From contig CAZFVA010000009.1 of the NCBI GenBank assembly GCA_964522105.1, positions 33,308-87,936 on the forward strand: 54,629 nt of DNA. The letters run 5' to 3'. This DNA comes from an uncultured Anaeromyxobacteraceae bacterium (GTDB lineage: Bacteria > Myxococcota_A > UBA9042 > DTJE01). Both the position numbers and the translations under genes were made by a program. Position 1 is the first letter of the stretch, and each line of letters starts with the position of its first letter. Under the pieces are notes generated by a model. The model was given only the letters and a program-made list of their open reading frames with translations, had not been told where the DNA came from and did not search any database. Positions 39,301 through 47,219 of the stretch are shown here, in pieces.

Positions 39301-41109
39301 GGTGATCTGAAGGACGCCGTCGTTCAGCTTGATAAGGTTCTGGAGCTGGCCCCCAGTAATGAAAGGGCCGTCGAGCTGCAGATCGCGATTGCTGAACGCC
39401 GTGAAGACTGGCCGGCCGTCATCCGGTACAAGCAGGCGCGTGCAGACGTGCGTCAGGACCCATACGAAAGATTCAGCGTCCTGCTGGAAGTTGGCGACAT
39501 CTATAAAGAAAAGATGGGCAACATCCACGGGGCCACGGCTGCCTACAAGGAAGCTCTGGACATCGACCCGGGTGCCAAGGTCGCCCTGATGCGCCTGTTC
39601 AACCTGTACCTCGAAAGTGGTGCGATTGAAGATGCGCTGTATATCCTTGAAAGCCTGGCGATGGCGGAAGACAGTCCTGAACAGCGCGCCAAGATCTATG
39701 TCCAGATGGCCGCCCTTTATCAGGAAAAGCTTTCTGACGATGGTCGCGCAATCGAATACTTGAATACCGCACTGGATTCCGACCCGAACCGTCTTGAAGC
39801 GTTCCGGGCGATTGACGAAATCCTTACGCACAACAAGGACTGGGCCGGTCAGGCTGAAGCCTATCGGCGCATGCTTGAAAGGCTGAAGGGCGGCAATCAG
39901 AAGGAACTGGAATACAGACTGTACGCCAACCTGGGTGAAATTTACCGGTCGCGCCTGAAGGAAATGGATTATGCGGTCTCCGCGTACTCGATGGCCGTTC
40001 AGATTAAGCCGGAAGAAAAGCGGACCCACGAAATTCTGGCTCAGCTCTTTGAAGTGTCGGGCGACCAGCTTGACAAGGCCATTGAATCGCATCGTCAGAT
40101 CGTCAGCCTCGGCCCGATTGCCAAGGATGCCGCGCCTTCTTACAAGGCGATGCGCCGTTTATTCCTGGACATGAAGGAATTCGACAAGGCCTTCGTTATT
40201 TCTTCAATCATGCGTGCGATGGACATTGCTGATGAAGAAGAAAAGAAGTTCTACGAAGACAACATGGAACCTGGAGTGCCGTGGTTCAAGGGCACCATCG
40301 ACCCGCTGCGCTGGGAATCGCACCTGATGGCCAGGAACGAAAACGTGCTGCTGGGCAGAACGCTGCAGGTCCTTTATCAGGGCATCGGGCAGCACCTGGG
40401 TGTCAAGGACATCAAGGATCTCGGCCTGCGCAAGAAGCCCGAAATGGACCTGGACCAGAAGCTGGTCTTTGTGAACATCTACAAGGCCGTCAACAAGGCT
40501 CTGGGGCCGCTGCCGCACAAAGTGTACCGCGATGACAACCCGACCGGCCTGAAGCTGGAATTCCTGTCACCGCCGGCACTGATTGTGGGTTCGGATATGC
40601 TGACCGGACATGATGAGTATGATGTCGCGTTCCAGATTGGACGCCAGCTTACTTATCTGCACCCGATGCATTTCCTGGCTTCTGTCAAAAACCAGACGGA
40701 ACTGAAGATTTTCATGGCCGCAGTCCTGAAGTTCTGTAACCCGAACATGCAGCTTTCAGCTGGTGCTGATGTTGTAATGGAACTGTCCAGAACGATCGAT
40801 CGCAAGATGTCGCAGCAGCAGAAAAACCAGATCAGCAAGCTGGTCGAGGATCTGTTGAAGCGCTACCCGATGAGCATCGAGGACATGTTCAAGGACTTCT
40901 TCAGAAGCATGGAAATTTCAGGTCTGCGCGGCGGTGCGCTTGTTGCGTGTAACGTCCCGGCAACCTTGAACTTCCTGCGTGGTGAAGATATGGGATTCTC
41001 GGGCATGTCGCAGCGTGAAAGGATTGAAGAAGTCCTGCGCTTCGTCGTTTCCGAAGACCACTTCATCCTGCGCCGCGCTCTGGGCATCAATCTGGAATCA
41101 CGGGCGTAG
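30349..41109 (+). CDS. Giant (3586 aa) cytoplasmic TPR/helical-repeat protein, AgmK/GltI-like
   Basis: AGGAG RBS; uninterrupted 10.7-kb ORF; dozens of A..Y..VL..DP....AL..L..LY....W..L units; no signal peptide; ends LRF.VSE.HF.LR..LG as in myxobacterial giant TPR proteins. Confidence 0.85.
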   Translation: MMEVTEFMVELEVNPNDNVAFDKAIEDALTQGGVEGLELFLAEVMESLGKGPVADTFLKKLDTLFRKERNTDKGRVLAWTAGLVAWKILDDVVKAEFYMRALGEEPASDVDTWLEFYRVFYASRGNWLRLEQFMAEAGQKAGKSELEIKRSLARTAAQFDNPSKELSYWQEVAKLDAADEEASNQLEKLYTKLQRWPSLAELYKNRLTALPEDAVKEKVEALYFMLDIYAEKMHAEPKVLSTYQMILDIDPSNVEAMDSLLDRYEKAGRWPDYAKVLDRKIEQTADIDARIGLMEKKADLMESRFANAMEALKSYESILEIAPGRKDILDKLKDLYEKRRDFENLIRIRRTEAENLTDIPEKIALYMELAIMATDRLRKFPVAIELWEKVLGLDDANDEALKNLEGLYERTKNTESLAQVLRRRIDLAPGAAEQVQLLEKLAQLFGTKLEDTVGAMETWRMILDVDPTHDRAKRELRTRYLSEHKWEELEWFLRKYGTVDELARTLESQVNSIEKNTEKRDILFKLAAIWRDEVDQPQRAVKNIEGVLAIYGDDLRAANELIDLYRGLADWRKLPKVYEIAIGGTVNVEERQALRIEAAEVIETQLHNVKDAFFLYLSAFQEDMLNSGLQGQLERLAGPSDNWDVYVSVLEMAVGIMDETDRKIATWLRIGEIYNENLGDAEAAQAAFKNALELDNSNRRAISALEALYRKLNRDEDLIGILQMRLSLVVDADERKAVRFEIAGALYERMANVDDAVSTYTDILEEDPFEWRAYAEFAELLLTEKRFAELRDLLNKQVEALFSQGDINAGALADLYCRIGLLTAGIDGKGDHALDSFAMALDYVPGHAETVEILEDMLGSESLRPRLVDLLKGPFEAARRYADLADLIEIELVIRGDSIDTIELLWKVEGLYAGAAADDNKRFRALSRILMVTPDDTKAWDNLESVTRAIGAWRSLAELYLVAVEGIEAPDSRVALRLRLARILWEELQSVDEARAVFHGVLELDDSNETALDALETIYEELQNHSELLKVYRRRCEVSPYPGEKIAYAFKMAGELSDHLEDIEGAIKAVRSVLDIDPEYSAAYRQLDSLYVRSERWFDLADVLERRIELADDAQDRTWLRLRMAETREMKLEDVAGAVDVYKVILDSDPSNAEALSQLERLFGNPEVKVMVAPILLPAYRASRDNEKLVTVYDVLAGAADDIDTRLEHYATIADILENSIKDTTRAFEYRAKAFRAAPERAGLVDELLRIGQVRDAVDEAVFVLAEKVFDIEDEERRRETHRTIAKVCRDANVDRELSKRHFNAVLALDPADLDAVDSLIAMYEADSEVDSLVALIIRKSDLVVSSEERAALLLWAGDIYAGVLEKDEDAIVAFNGVLEIDGHNMKAIEALEGLYEKAGMWEELVDVLGRKADYTDGDVRVIALKKKGLVQHEKMGNTVEAIETFLQVMAINTADVDGIRTLDRLYAASEDWWNLYSTLENLYALVQGEERLTVQFRMGKLLEREMGDPTKAVQIYENLLEEFTDNKDAVEALEGMVRADNAAEEAFKVLAPTLSERGEWMRLYIVYEVITEKEEDIARKVSNLLTMGEIAEQRMQEPLRGFECYGRAFTTDPLNPEARERIESLATAHDMWDNVPGLLLEGAKSVEGTPDALALRLRAATILRDSVGDLDASALAFESIIEDIPDNMSALPALDAIYTKLENWKDLSRILRAEYDAVQAFGQKVDFLLRSAVVSEEKLDNPAAALEARQEVLYLSPNNPDAVAGIRAMFNAGKFRAQALEILEPIYLDTAAYQDLATVYEAVLADVEDAGERRGVMTKLAEVWEKKLVDLTAAMTWYGRAFELDPADESLLMQVEMLAGTSGNFKLLLDILLAAATACEDEERKVYLWHKALETARDRLFDIAKAEDIGKWIVGVCKTDRTALSALDAMYESQGRWQDLLGILTDEVAASDFDDEKTGFLLRIGALQRDRLDNLEGAVAAYTQIVKSDEMHREALTALSVLHELRAEWEDLFNVLSRLADVAQTGDERAVIQRKLAVLAEEKLERTETALGLWDEVSRTDPNDVAALRNLERLYAAREDWNAFVDACERELPLMADDPARSGDLLRSIARAAENELGDTFQAQNAWRRILDTTADDMDALQALRRLYRESGDIEALSRILVSIVDSGLVVGDERKALFQELAELLTNELPRFDEAINWWNKVVEMAPEDTDALTNLERLYEDTGRFEECVRVTKRLVELTKGKGKKADMLSRAASMQADQMKDLVGAAITLQTVVGINGGNMEVSERLQDLYTRLEDWDSLADVLLARDGLLKDLDDRVNNFCEVARVFESRKGEKESAFLIYTKAAEVNPADENTFIELWRLAQEIQNWGDYVDMLSAFVDGMGDDSRQEHLLRFGEVLSTHTDRTADAVGYYEKVIADWPENEVALEALTRLYTQVESYDKLVTVLEARVELSPDYLEKVQLQFLAAEVLEGKVGDPARAVVSYAKVLDYDEGHVATLDALIRLYTALQNWEKLVEALDRKAVNVPADEVAVRYQMGLVLEENVGDPERAIKAYEQVLELSPSHSECIDRLQSLYGGLEDWAGLADVFQRLLDMSNEVPDRILFCNRLAILYQDALGDKRKALDYWQQVLDMDANDDEVFETAVRLLTDLEDWGELINLYESRIGRVDDTEVRIFTLTRLADVYEKRLEDINSAVSCYQRMLEFRPDHTVGYSELVRMFSAMESWEDVVDTYVKWKEHVDSDVRMVELMLLAADVVRDKLENPERAIDMLRGILVVDPVNREASSRLIAIYGDLEDWEKVAAVHLGMESHVHSDDDKAHLRSAAGDVYMHKLKDRLHAIEHYEKALDYNPRLFDVAQSLAGAYVAAARWEKAEPLLDMLASDARVMADPDRSAEVHFEMGLCGEKLFDFEKAFREYQIAIKVRPNHVRTVLGLGRLYQRKELWQLAKDNLVKAMELGGADMPTEDRVEIGYALGEINLALGDLKDAVVQLDKVLELAPSNERAVELQIAIAERREDWPAVIRYKQARADVRQDPYERFSVLLEVGDIYKEKMGNIHGATAAYKEALDIDPGAKVALMRLFNLYLESGAIEDALYILESLAMAEDSPEQRAKIYVQMAALYQEKLSDDGRAIEYLNTALDSDPNRLEAFRAIDEILTHNKDWAGQAEAYRRMLERLKGGNQKELEYRLYANLGEIYRSRLKEMDYAVSAYSMAVQIKPEEKRTHEILAQLFEVSGDQLDKAIESHRQIVSLGPIAKDAAPSYKAMRRLFLDMKEFDKAFVISSIMRAMDIADEEEKKFYEDNMEPGVPWFKGTIDPLRWESHLMARNENVLLGRTLQVLYQGIGQHLGVKDIKDLGLRKKPEMDLDQKLVFVNIYKAVNKALGPLPHKVYRDDNPTGLKLEFLSPPALIVGSDMLTGHDEYDVAFQIGRQLTYLHPMHFLASVKNQTELKIFMAAVLKFCNPNMQLSAGADVVMELSRTIDRKMSQQQKNQISKLVEDLLKRYPMSIEDMFKDFFRSMEISGLRGGALVACNVPATLNFLRGEDMGFSGMSQRERIEEVLRFVVSEDHFILRRALGINLESRA

Positions 41110-42651
41110 GCTCGGGTCAGACTTCAATCCCAATCCGACAGCTTTGCCAAATCCCGAATATCGCGGGTGATTTTCAAGCCAGGGCAACAGTGTGATCATG
41201 GTTTCGCGGGCGGTCGGGCCGTCCGGGGCAGCCAGCGCAAGTTCCACGGCCTTTTTGTCGGTGTACCCGGTGCGCCGTGCTTTCGCGATAAGGTTTGTGA
41301 CCCACGTCACCTTTTCAGGCATGCTGGAAAGCTTCGGCAGGCTGGAATCGGGCCACTCGGCGTCGGGAAGCAGGTCGGTCAGGTATTCGTCGTACAGCAG
41401 GTCGCGGGTTGCACTGAAGTCGGCCAGCGTTCCTGAATCCTCGGCCAGCCAGTCAAGCAGAATTCGCTGCTCGTCACGTGACTGGTGGACCTGAGCGACT
41501 GCGGCTGTGACGAAGGCGGTGTTGCCGGTTGCGTTCCATGAAGCTACCCGATCCATCCACATCAAGGCCCATACGCCCTGATAGACTTTGTCGCCGGCAG
41601 CAAGGTCTGCCACGTTTGCGACATAGGCGGCCGCCAGTACCCCGATATACGGCAGGTTTTGCGGGTTTATCAGTGGAATTCTGGACCACGCGGCCAGAAA
41701 GTCGTGTTTAACCCACTTCTTGTAGTTGAAATTAGCCCTGGCGCACTCGATGGTCGGAATTACATCGTTTGAAGTGTCGGTGAACTGTGCTGCACACTCG
41801 CTGTCAGGCTTGTCGGGAAGGGAAGGCCCTTTCGGCTGCATCCTGCTGACGTTTGTTCCGAAGTTTTCCTGCGTCAGATCGTCCAGCGCACCCGATGGAA
41901 ATTCGCTTCCAACTACCTTTTCAAGTCTTTGTTTGTACGCCATTTTTGTCTGTTCAAGGTCATCTCGTGTGATTTGGCCATCGTTTATTCTGTATCCGAT
42001 TGCCAGTGCGCGTTTGACGTCACGCTCGATTAGCAGTTTTTCAATCGCCGTATGCGGTTGTGTCAGTAGTCTGGTCTGAATTCTGGCCGAGCAGGTCTTG
42101 TCGCCCTCTGCGCACATTCCGTAGTCGCGACCGGGTAAAACCGGTTCAGTCAGAATTACGGGTGGCGGCGTCGTCCTGTCGCGGCCTGATGTTGCCTTTT
42201 TGCCTGCGGAAGCAGAAACAGCGGTAATCGTCGCAATCGGGGTCCGACTGGTCATGCGCCTGGTGCGGTCAAAGTCGCTTGACGTTTCTACCGTTGTTTC
42301 GCTGATAAGGACCAGTGTAATAACCCATGGCGGGCCACCTTTGATATCCAGAGTAACCCGCGAATTGTTCGCGGAACGTCTGGATGCCAGTGCATATGAA
42401 AGCAGCTTTCTGGTACGTTTGTCAGCAATCAGGGCTGACTTGAGCTCTGCAGGCAGCCTGGAACCCTCAAACATGTGATTAAGAGCCAGGTCATCCGGCT
42501 GGTACCATCCCCGGATGGATTGAGCCTCTACATATACGTCGGCGGTGATGGTGTATCTGGAGCCTGCCGATGCCGGAACGGCAACAGTCGTGGACAAAAG
42601 AATCAGGCCCATGACTGGCAATAAGGTTCTGGCGCATCTCGATGTGTGCAT
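41098..42651 (-). CDS. Hypothetical exported protein
   Basis: 517-aa ORF with a Sec signal peptide (..VAVPASA); no recognised family; convergent 12-bp overlap with the giant TPR gene. Confidence 0.65.
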   Translation of the reverse strand: MHTSRCARTLLPVMGLILLSTTVAVPASAGSRYTITADVYVEAQSIRGWYQPDDLALNHMFEGSRLPAELKSALIADKRTRKLLSYALASRRSANNSRVTLDIKGGPPWVITLVLISETTVETSSDFDRTRRMTSRTPIATITAVSASAGKKATSGRDRTTPPPVILTEPVLPGRDYGMCAEGDKTCSARIQTRLLTQPHTAIEKLLIERDVKRALAIGYRINDGQITRDDLEQTKMAYKQRLEKVVGSEFPSGALDDLTQENFGTNVSRMQPKGPSLPDKPDSECAAQFTDTSNDVIPTIECARANFNYKKWVKHDFLAAWSRIPLINPQNLPYIGVLAAAYVANVADLAAGDKVYQGVWALMWMDRVASWNATGNTAFVTAAVAQVHQSRDEQRILLDWLAEDSGTLADFSATRDLLYDEYLTDLLPDAEWPDSSLPKLSSMPEKVTWVTNLIAKARRTGYTDKKAVELALAAPDGPTARETMITLLPWLENHPRYSGFGKAVGLGLKSDPSLRP

Positions 42652-42696
42652 AAAGTAATCCCGTAATTACAACAGGATCATAACGCCGACTGCCGG

Positions 42697-43890
42697 TTAG
42701 ATGTTCCCGAATACCGCGTAAGCCTGCAGCCCGCCGTGGAAAAAGCGGATATGGCCTGTAGTTGAAAGGGGCCACGTACGAAGCAGTTGCTGGTCCGGAA
42801 TGATTACTGCGTAACGCCAGCCGACCCAGTTGGTTGACAGTGCGCGGGCGATGTTTTTGTAGAACGTGCCTGTCTGCGCTGCGGCATCAAGACGCATTCC
42901 GTATGGCGGATTCATTACGATAAGGCCGGTCGGGCAGGGCGGCTCGGACTTCATGAATTCGGTAAACTCGACAGAAATAACCTTGTCCATACCGGCGCGT
43001 TCGGCGTTCGCCTTCGTAGCGCCAATTGCCCGTGGGTCAATGTCGCGCGCGACTATCATTGAATCAGAATAATCGGGGTTACCGGCGTTCTTCTTTACCA
43101 GAAATTCCCAAGTCGGGCCCGAAAATGCAGGCCAGTCCATCATGGCGTAGCCGCGTTCGCCACCGGGAGCCTTTCCGGCTGCAATCAGTGCGCCTTCGAT
43201 CGCGAAAGTCCCGGAACCGCACATCGCGTCAACCAGGTTTTCCCCCGGCTTGAATCCGGCCGCCAGCAGGACTGCCGCCGCCAGGTTTTCGCGAATTGGT
43301 GCAACGCCACCTTCCATGCGCCAGCCGCGCTTGTGCAGCAGGTCACCGGATGAATCAAGTGACAGCTCCAGTTTGTCATTATCCAGTCGCGCAATAACGG
43401 TCTGTCTACGCATTCCTTTGACGAAAGCGACGGCAGGCGGAGTCATGTATTCCTGAATGAATTTACGGGTTACCCCTGCGCGTATCGTTGATTCCAGAAG
43501 GCTGGGCGTGTCAATTCGCGATTCATGGATGGTCGGTTGCACATCAAGTGAACAACCTTTCTGAATCCACGCTTCCCACGGAATTTCAGCCGTTTCGCGG
43601 AACACGTCTTCGATGGCCCTGGCCCGGAATGATTTCAGCCGCACCAGCACTCTGGTCGCCGACCGCAGGCACAGGTTGGCCATCATACCGGCTTCAAGCT
43701 TTCCGTCGAACTCGACGCCACCATGGATCTTTTCTTCCGTTGGCGTGATTCCAAGTGCCTGAAGTTCTTCCGCAAGTATGGCTTCCGTACCCGGGGCACA
43801 AACGGCAAACCAGCGGTGGACGCGGCTTTTGACGTGTTTTTTTGCCCTTCTTTCGATGCTGATGGCGTCAGTTGTTTTTTCTTCAATCAT
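42697..43890 (-). CDS. THUMP-domain class I SAM-dependent RNA methyltransferase (RlmL/YpsC-like)
   Basis: LDSSG.LLHKRGWR, APIRENLAAA, DAMCGSGT and NPPYG motifs. Confidence 0.9.
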   Translation of the reverse strand: MIEEKTTDAISIERRAKKHVKSRVHRWFAVCAPGTEAILAEELQALGITPTEEKIHGGVEFDGKLEAGMMANLCLRSATRVLVRLKSFRARAIEDVFRETAEIPWEAWIQKGCSLDVQPTIHESRIDTPSLLESTIRAGVTRKFIQEYMTPPAVAFVKGMRRQTVIARLDNDKLELSLDSSGDLLHKRGWRMEGGVAPIRENLAAAVLLAAGFKPGENLVDAMCGSGTFAIEGALIAAGKAPGGERGYAMMDWPAFSGPTWEFLVKKNAGNPDYSDSMIVARDIDPRAIGATKANAERAGMDKVISVEFTEFMKSEPPCPTGLIVMNPPYGMRLDAAAQTGTFYKNIARALSTNWVGWRYAVIIPDQQLLRTWPLSTTGHIRFFHGGLQAYAVFGNI

Positions 43891-44037
43891 GGGGCGAGTG
43901 TACGCTAAATCGTGCCCGCTGTCCTGCCTCGGTTTGGCATATTGATTTGCGTCGATGGCAATGGCAGACTAGATGCGGTTTTTGATTGTGACAGCGTTAC
44001 ATTCACCATGCGGACAGTCACCAGTGGTTTTTGAAAT

Positions 44038-45417
44038 ATGGACGGGGGCGAAATGGCGGAAATGACATCAGGTTCGGTTGCGGGAAATGATGAAGCCAGA
44101 TTGAAGCGCTGGCAGTTTCAGATCTTTGCGACACTCTGGGCCGGTTATGCGTCGTACTATCTGTGCAGAATGAACTTTTCCGTTGCGCAACCCCTGATAC
44201 TTCAGGAATTTCCGACCTGGACTGCCGCACAGATAGGCTTGATTCCTTCTGTCTATGCGTTTACTTACGCCATCGGGCAGTTTGTGAACGGGCAGCTAGG
44301 CGAAAAGTTCGGCGCGCGCAAAATGATGACTGTCGCGATGTCGCTTGCGGTCATCTCGAACCTGGCGTTTTCGATGGTCTCGTCTTTTCCGTTGATGCTT
44401 GTGTTGTGGGCCATCAACGGTTACGCGCAGTCAGCCGGATGGTCGCTTGTCGTCAAGACGCTTTCCAACTGGACTACAACGAAGCGTCGCGGCCTGCTTA
44501 TCGGTTTGATTTCAACCAGTTATCAGGTTGGTAACGTGCTGGCGTGGCTGCTGGCCGGGTATGTGGCCGGGACTTACGGGTGGCGGGCAGCTTTCATTGT
44601 GCCGTCCGTGATTCTGGCCGTAATGGCGGTAATCTTCGCGTTTGGACTGCGAGACGACCCCAGACTGGTCGGTTTCCGCCGTGTGCGCGACGACATGGGC
44701 GAAGAAACGGCGAATTCGCATACGGCGCAGGCGATTGAAGACGAAAAAATGCCGTTCGCTGAAACGATGCGCCTTACGCTTACCAACAAAGTTCTGTGGG
44801 TGCTGGCAATCGGCTATTTCTGCATGAATTCGGTGCGTTACTCGTTCATGAACTGGGCGGTCACCTATATGGCCGACTTCCAGGGACAGAACATTAAAGA
44901 CAGCGCGTTCAAGGCTGTTGCGTTGCCGCTTATAGGTGCCGTCGGGGCCGTGTCGGCCGGTTTCCTGTCAGATAAGTTGTTCAAGGGCCGCCGGGCCCCG
45001 CTGTGCGCCATAATGTTGTTCGCCCTGGCGTTTGTTTGTATTGGTTTCGTGATGATTCCGAAGGGTTCAGCCATGCTTGCAACCGCCATGCTTGGCCTGG
45101 TAGGTTTCCTGATCTATGGCCCCGACATGCTGATGAGTGGCGCCGCCACCGTTGACATCCATCCGAAGGCAGCCGCCGCAGCCACTGGCCTGACAATGGC
45201 AATGGGCAATTTTGGTGCGATTATCTCGGGTGCCGGTATCGGCTGGCTGAAGGATGTCACCCCCGGTTTGGCCAAAGGCCTGCAGAGTGTGATGCCTGCC
45301 TGGCTTGCGACTGCTTTCAACGAATGGACGCTGATATTCTTCTTCCTGTCCTTCCTGTCAGTCCTGTCTGCCCTGCTTATGGTTTCCATCTGGAACACGA
45401 AGCCGAAGGGCGCTTAG
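44038..45417 (+). CDS. MFS transporter, OPA (GlpT/UhpC-like) family
   Basis: GYASYYLCRMNFS, NGYAQSAGW, LSNW...RG, GFLSDK.F.GRR and GFLIYGP motifs; 12 TM pattern. Confidence 0.88.
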   Translation: MDGGEMAEMTSGSVAGNDEARLKRWQFQIFATLWAGYASYYLCRMNFSVAQPLILQEFPTWTAAQIGLIPSVYAFTYAIGQFVNGQLGEKFGARKMMTVAMSLAVISNLAFSMVSSFPLMLVLWAINGYAQSAGWSLVVKTLSNWTTTKRRGLLIGLISTSYQVGNVLAWLLAGYVAGTYGWRAAFIVPSVILAVMAVIFAFGLRDDPRLVGFRRVRDDMGEETANSHTAQAIEDEKMPFAETMRLTLTNKVLWVLAIGYFCMNSVRYSFMNWAVTYMADFQGQNIKDSAFKAVALPLIGAVGAVSAGFLSDKLFKGRRAPLCAIMLFALAFVCIGFVMIPKGSAMLATAMLGLVGFLIYGPDMLMSGAATVDIHPKAAAAATGLTMAMGNFGAIISGAGIGWLKDVTPGLAKGLQSVMPAWLATAFNEWTLIFFFLSFLSVLSALLMVSIWNTKPKGA

Positions 45418-45524
45418 CCGTTCTCTGCCGTTTGTTGGAATTAGGGTTCTGTCTTTGCTTTTTGCTGTTATCCCTTAATCTTCCGGATATATAATGCGGT
45501 CTGTTTGAATTGTCGGGGATATCC

Positions 45525-47117
45525 ATGTCCAGGAATATAGTGATTTCGGTCGCCATCTCAGCCGTGCTCGTGGCTTTTGGCGGGGGTGGCTGCAGTTCTG
45601 ACAGCAACCCGGTCGGCTGGGACACGTTCCAGCGCGATGTGGAAGCTGATGTGGCTGATGTTGGCGCCGATCAGTCCATTAATGAAGATACGGCCGGCAG
45701 GGACATTGTCGGCGATTCTGATGCCGTGGTGACGACCGATTTACCGTTCGAAGATGTTGCGGTTGACCAGATTCAGCCTCCTGACGTCGTTGATGACGAC
45801 ACAGTTGTAGATGATGTCGTGGTCCCGACCGACGAAGGCACGCCGGATACGACAGACACTGCCGTAACTACTGATTTCTGCACCAGTTATGACGATTGTG
45901 CCGACGGCGAAGTCTGCCTGCTGAGCCTTGGTGCATGCCAGATAAGATCGACGTGGACCGCAGACAAGATCGCCCTGTTTTCCATTCACGCGATGGATGG
46001 GGCGGCTGGCGATACCATGGTGATCGATGGTGACAGATTCTTTGGGGGAGGCTTCGGATCTACCGTAACGGTCAAGGTCGGAACGGTGCAGATTAACAGT
46101 GGCTCGGTTATGAAGGACGAAAACCGCCTGATGATCCCGGTTATGGGGACGATGCAGGGACCGATCACGGTCTATGATAAAGACAACAAGATCGCAACAA
46201 TAAAGGGGCCCTTCAAGCAGGCCGGGAAAGATGTCATCGCCTGTAACGGCTCGACTCCGGCGGCGTCCGGTGTTGTCGGGTCCGAGCCGTGGATGTCCGG
46301 TCCGTATGCTGCTGCTTATGTTGATTTAAGGGACTCATTCAAGACGCGCGTTTTCTACCCGGCGCAGTGCGGATCCGTGCGCAGGCCGGCCGTGGCTGGA
46401 ACCTGGCCCCTGGTCATAATCCTTCATGGAAACGGCGCGTTGCACATGAATTACGAGTATCTGGCCGAGCTGCTGGCGACGTGGGGCTTTGTCTCGGTTA
46501 TGCCGGCAACGGCTCAGAATATGTATGGCGATGATTACTCGCAGATGTTGTACGACATGATTCCGTTCGTGGCGCGATTCCGGGGTATCAACCTTAAAGA
46601 TGAACATAAGGTGCTGGAAGACATAACGACCACGCCCGAGGTGTTCTGGATCGGCCATTCGCGCGGGACCGGTCGTATCGAAGAGATTATTCATGGTGAC
46701 GAGACCAATGATTACGATCTGTGGGAAGACACAATGGGTGCAATTTTCCTTGGTCCGGTCGATGACGGCAGGTCTGTTCACGGGTCGTTGATGGTGTTCG
46801 GCGGCGGAAAGGATGCTCAGTCAACCGATTTTGCATACGAGGCGCCATACAATGATCATTCACCGTATGAAGATCGCTGGCTGATCGAATTGCCGGGCGG
46901 GAACCACGGTTCTTTCTGTGACGCAAAGGTTTATGGATACGGCGCTATTGGTGCACTTGGCGACAAGGAACCGACGATTTCACGCCACCAACAGCATAAG
47001 GTCGTGCAGACGTTCGCCATCCCGATGATCCAGCGCGCTTTCGGTCAGGAAGAGCTTTTTGCCGAATACCTCGACACCCCGCCCACCAGTTCCATCTATA
47101 CCGTCAAGCATGATTGA
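45525..47117 (+). CDS. Lipoprotein with an acidic linker, an IPT-like domain and a C-terminal alpha/beta-hydrolase
   Basis: Lipobox GGGC; PLVIILHG, LATWGFV, nucleophile GHSRG, GGGKD and GGNH motifs. Confidence 0.78.
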   Translation: MSRNIVISVAISAVLVAFGGGGCSSDSNPVGWDTFQRDVEADVADVGADQSINEDTAGRDIVGDSDAVVTTDLPFEDVAVDQIQPPDVVDDDTVVDDVVVPTDEGTPDTTDTAVTTDFCTSYDDCADGEVCLLSLGACQIRSTWTADKIALFSIHAMDGAAGDTMVIDGDRFFGGGFGSTVTVKVGTVQINSGSVMKDENRLMIPVMGTMQGPITVYDKDNKIATIKGPFKQAGKDVIACNGSTPAASGVVGSEPWMSGPYAAAYVDLRDSFKTRVFYPAQCGSVRRPAVAGTWPLVIILHGNGALHMNYEYLAELLATWGFVSVMPATAQNMYGDDYSQMLYDMIPFVARFRGINLKDEHKVLEDITTTPEVFWIGHSRGTGRIEEIIHGDETNDYDLWEDTMGAIFLGPVDDGRSVHGSLMVFGGGKDAQSTDFAYEAPYNDHSPYEDRWLIELPGGNHGSFCDAKVYGYGAIGALGDKEPTISRHQQHKVVQTFAIPMIQRAFGQEELFAEYLDTPPTSSIYTVKHD

Positions 47118-47219
47118 GTGCCTGAAATTTTTCTTTTATTTCGATGTGTTTCCGTCGATTTCATGGTTCATGTCTGGTGTTACAGGTAAGATCATACTTC
47201 CTAATCCGTGAGACCGGTT

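Noticed and set aside
30847-40092. Many long antisense ORFs (up to 442 aa) within the giant TPR gene
   Set aside because: Expected from codon bias on the coding strand; compositions are not protein-like.
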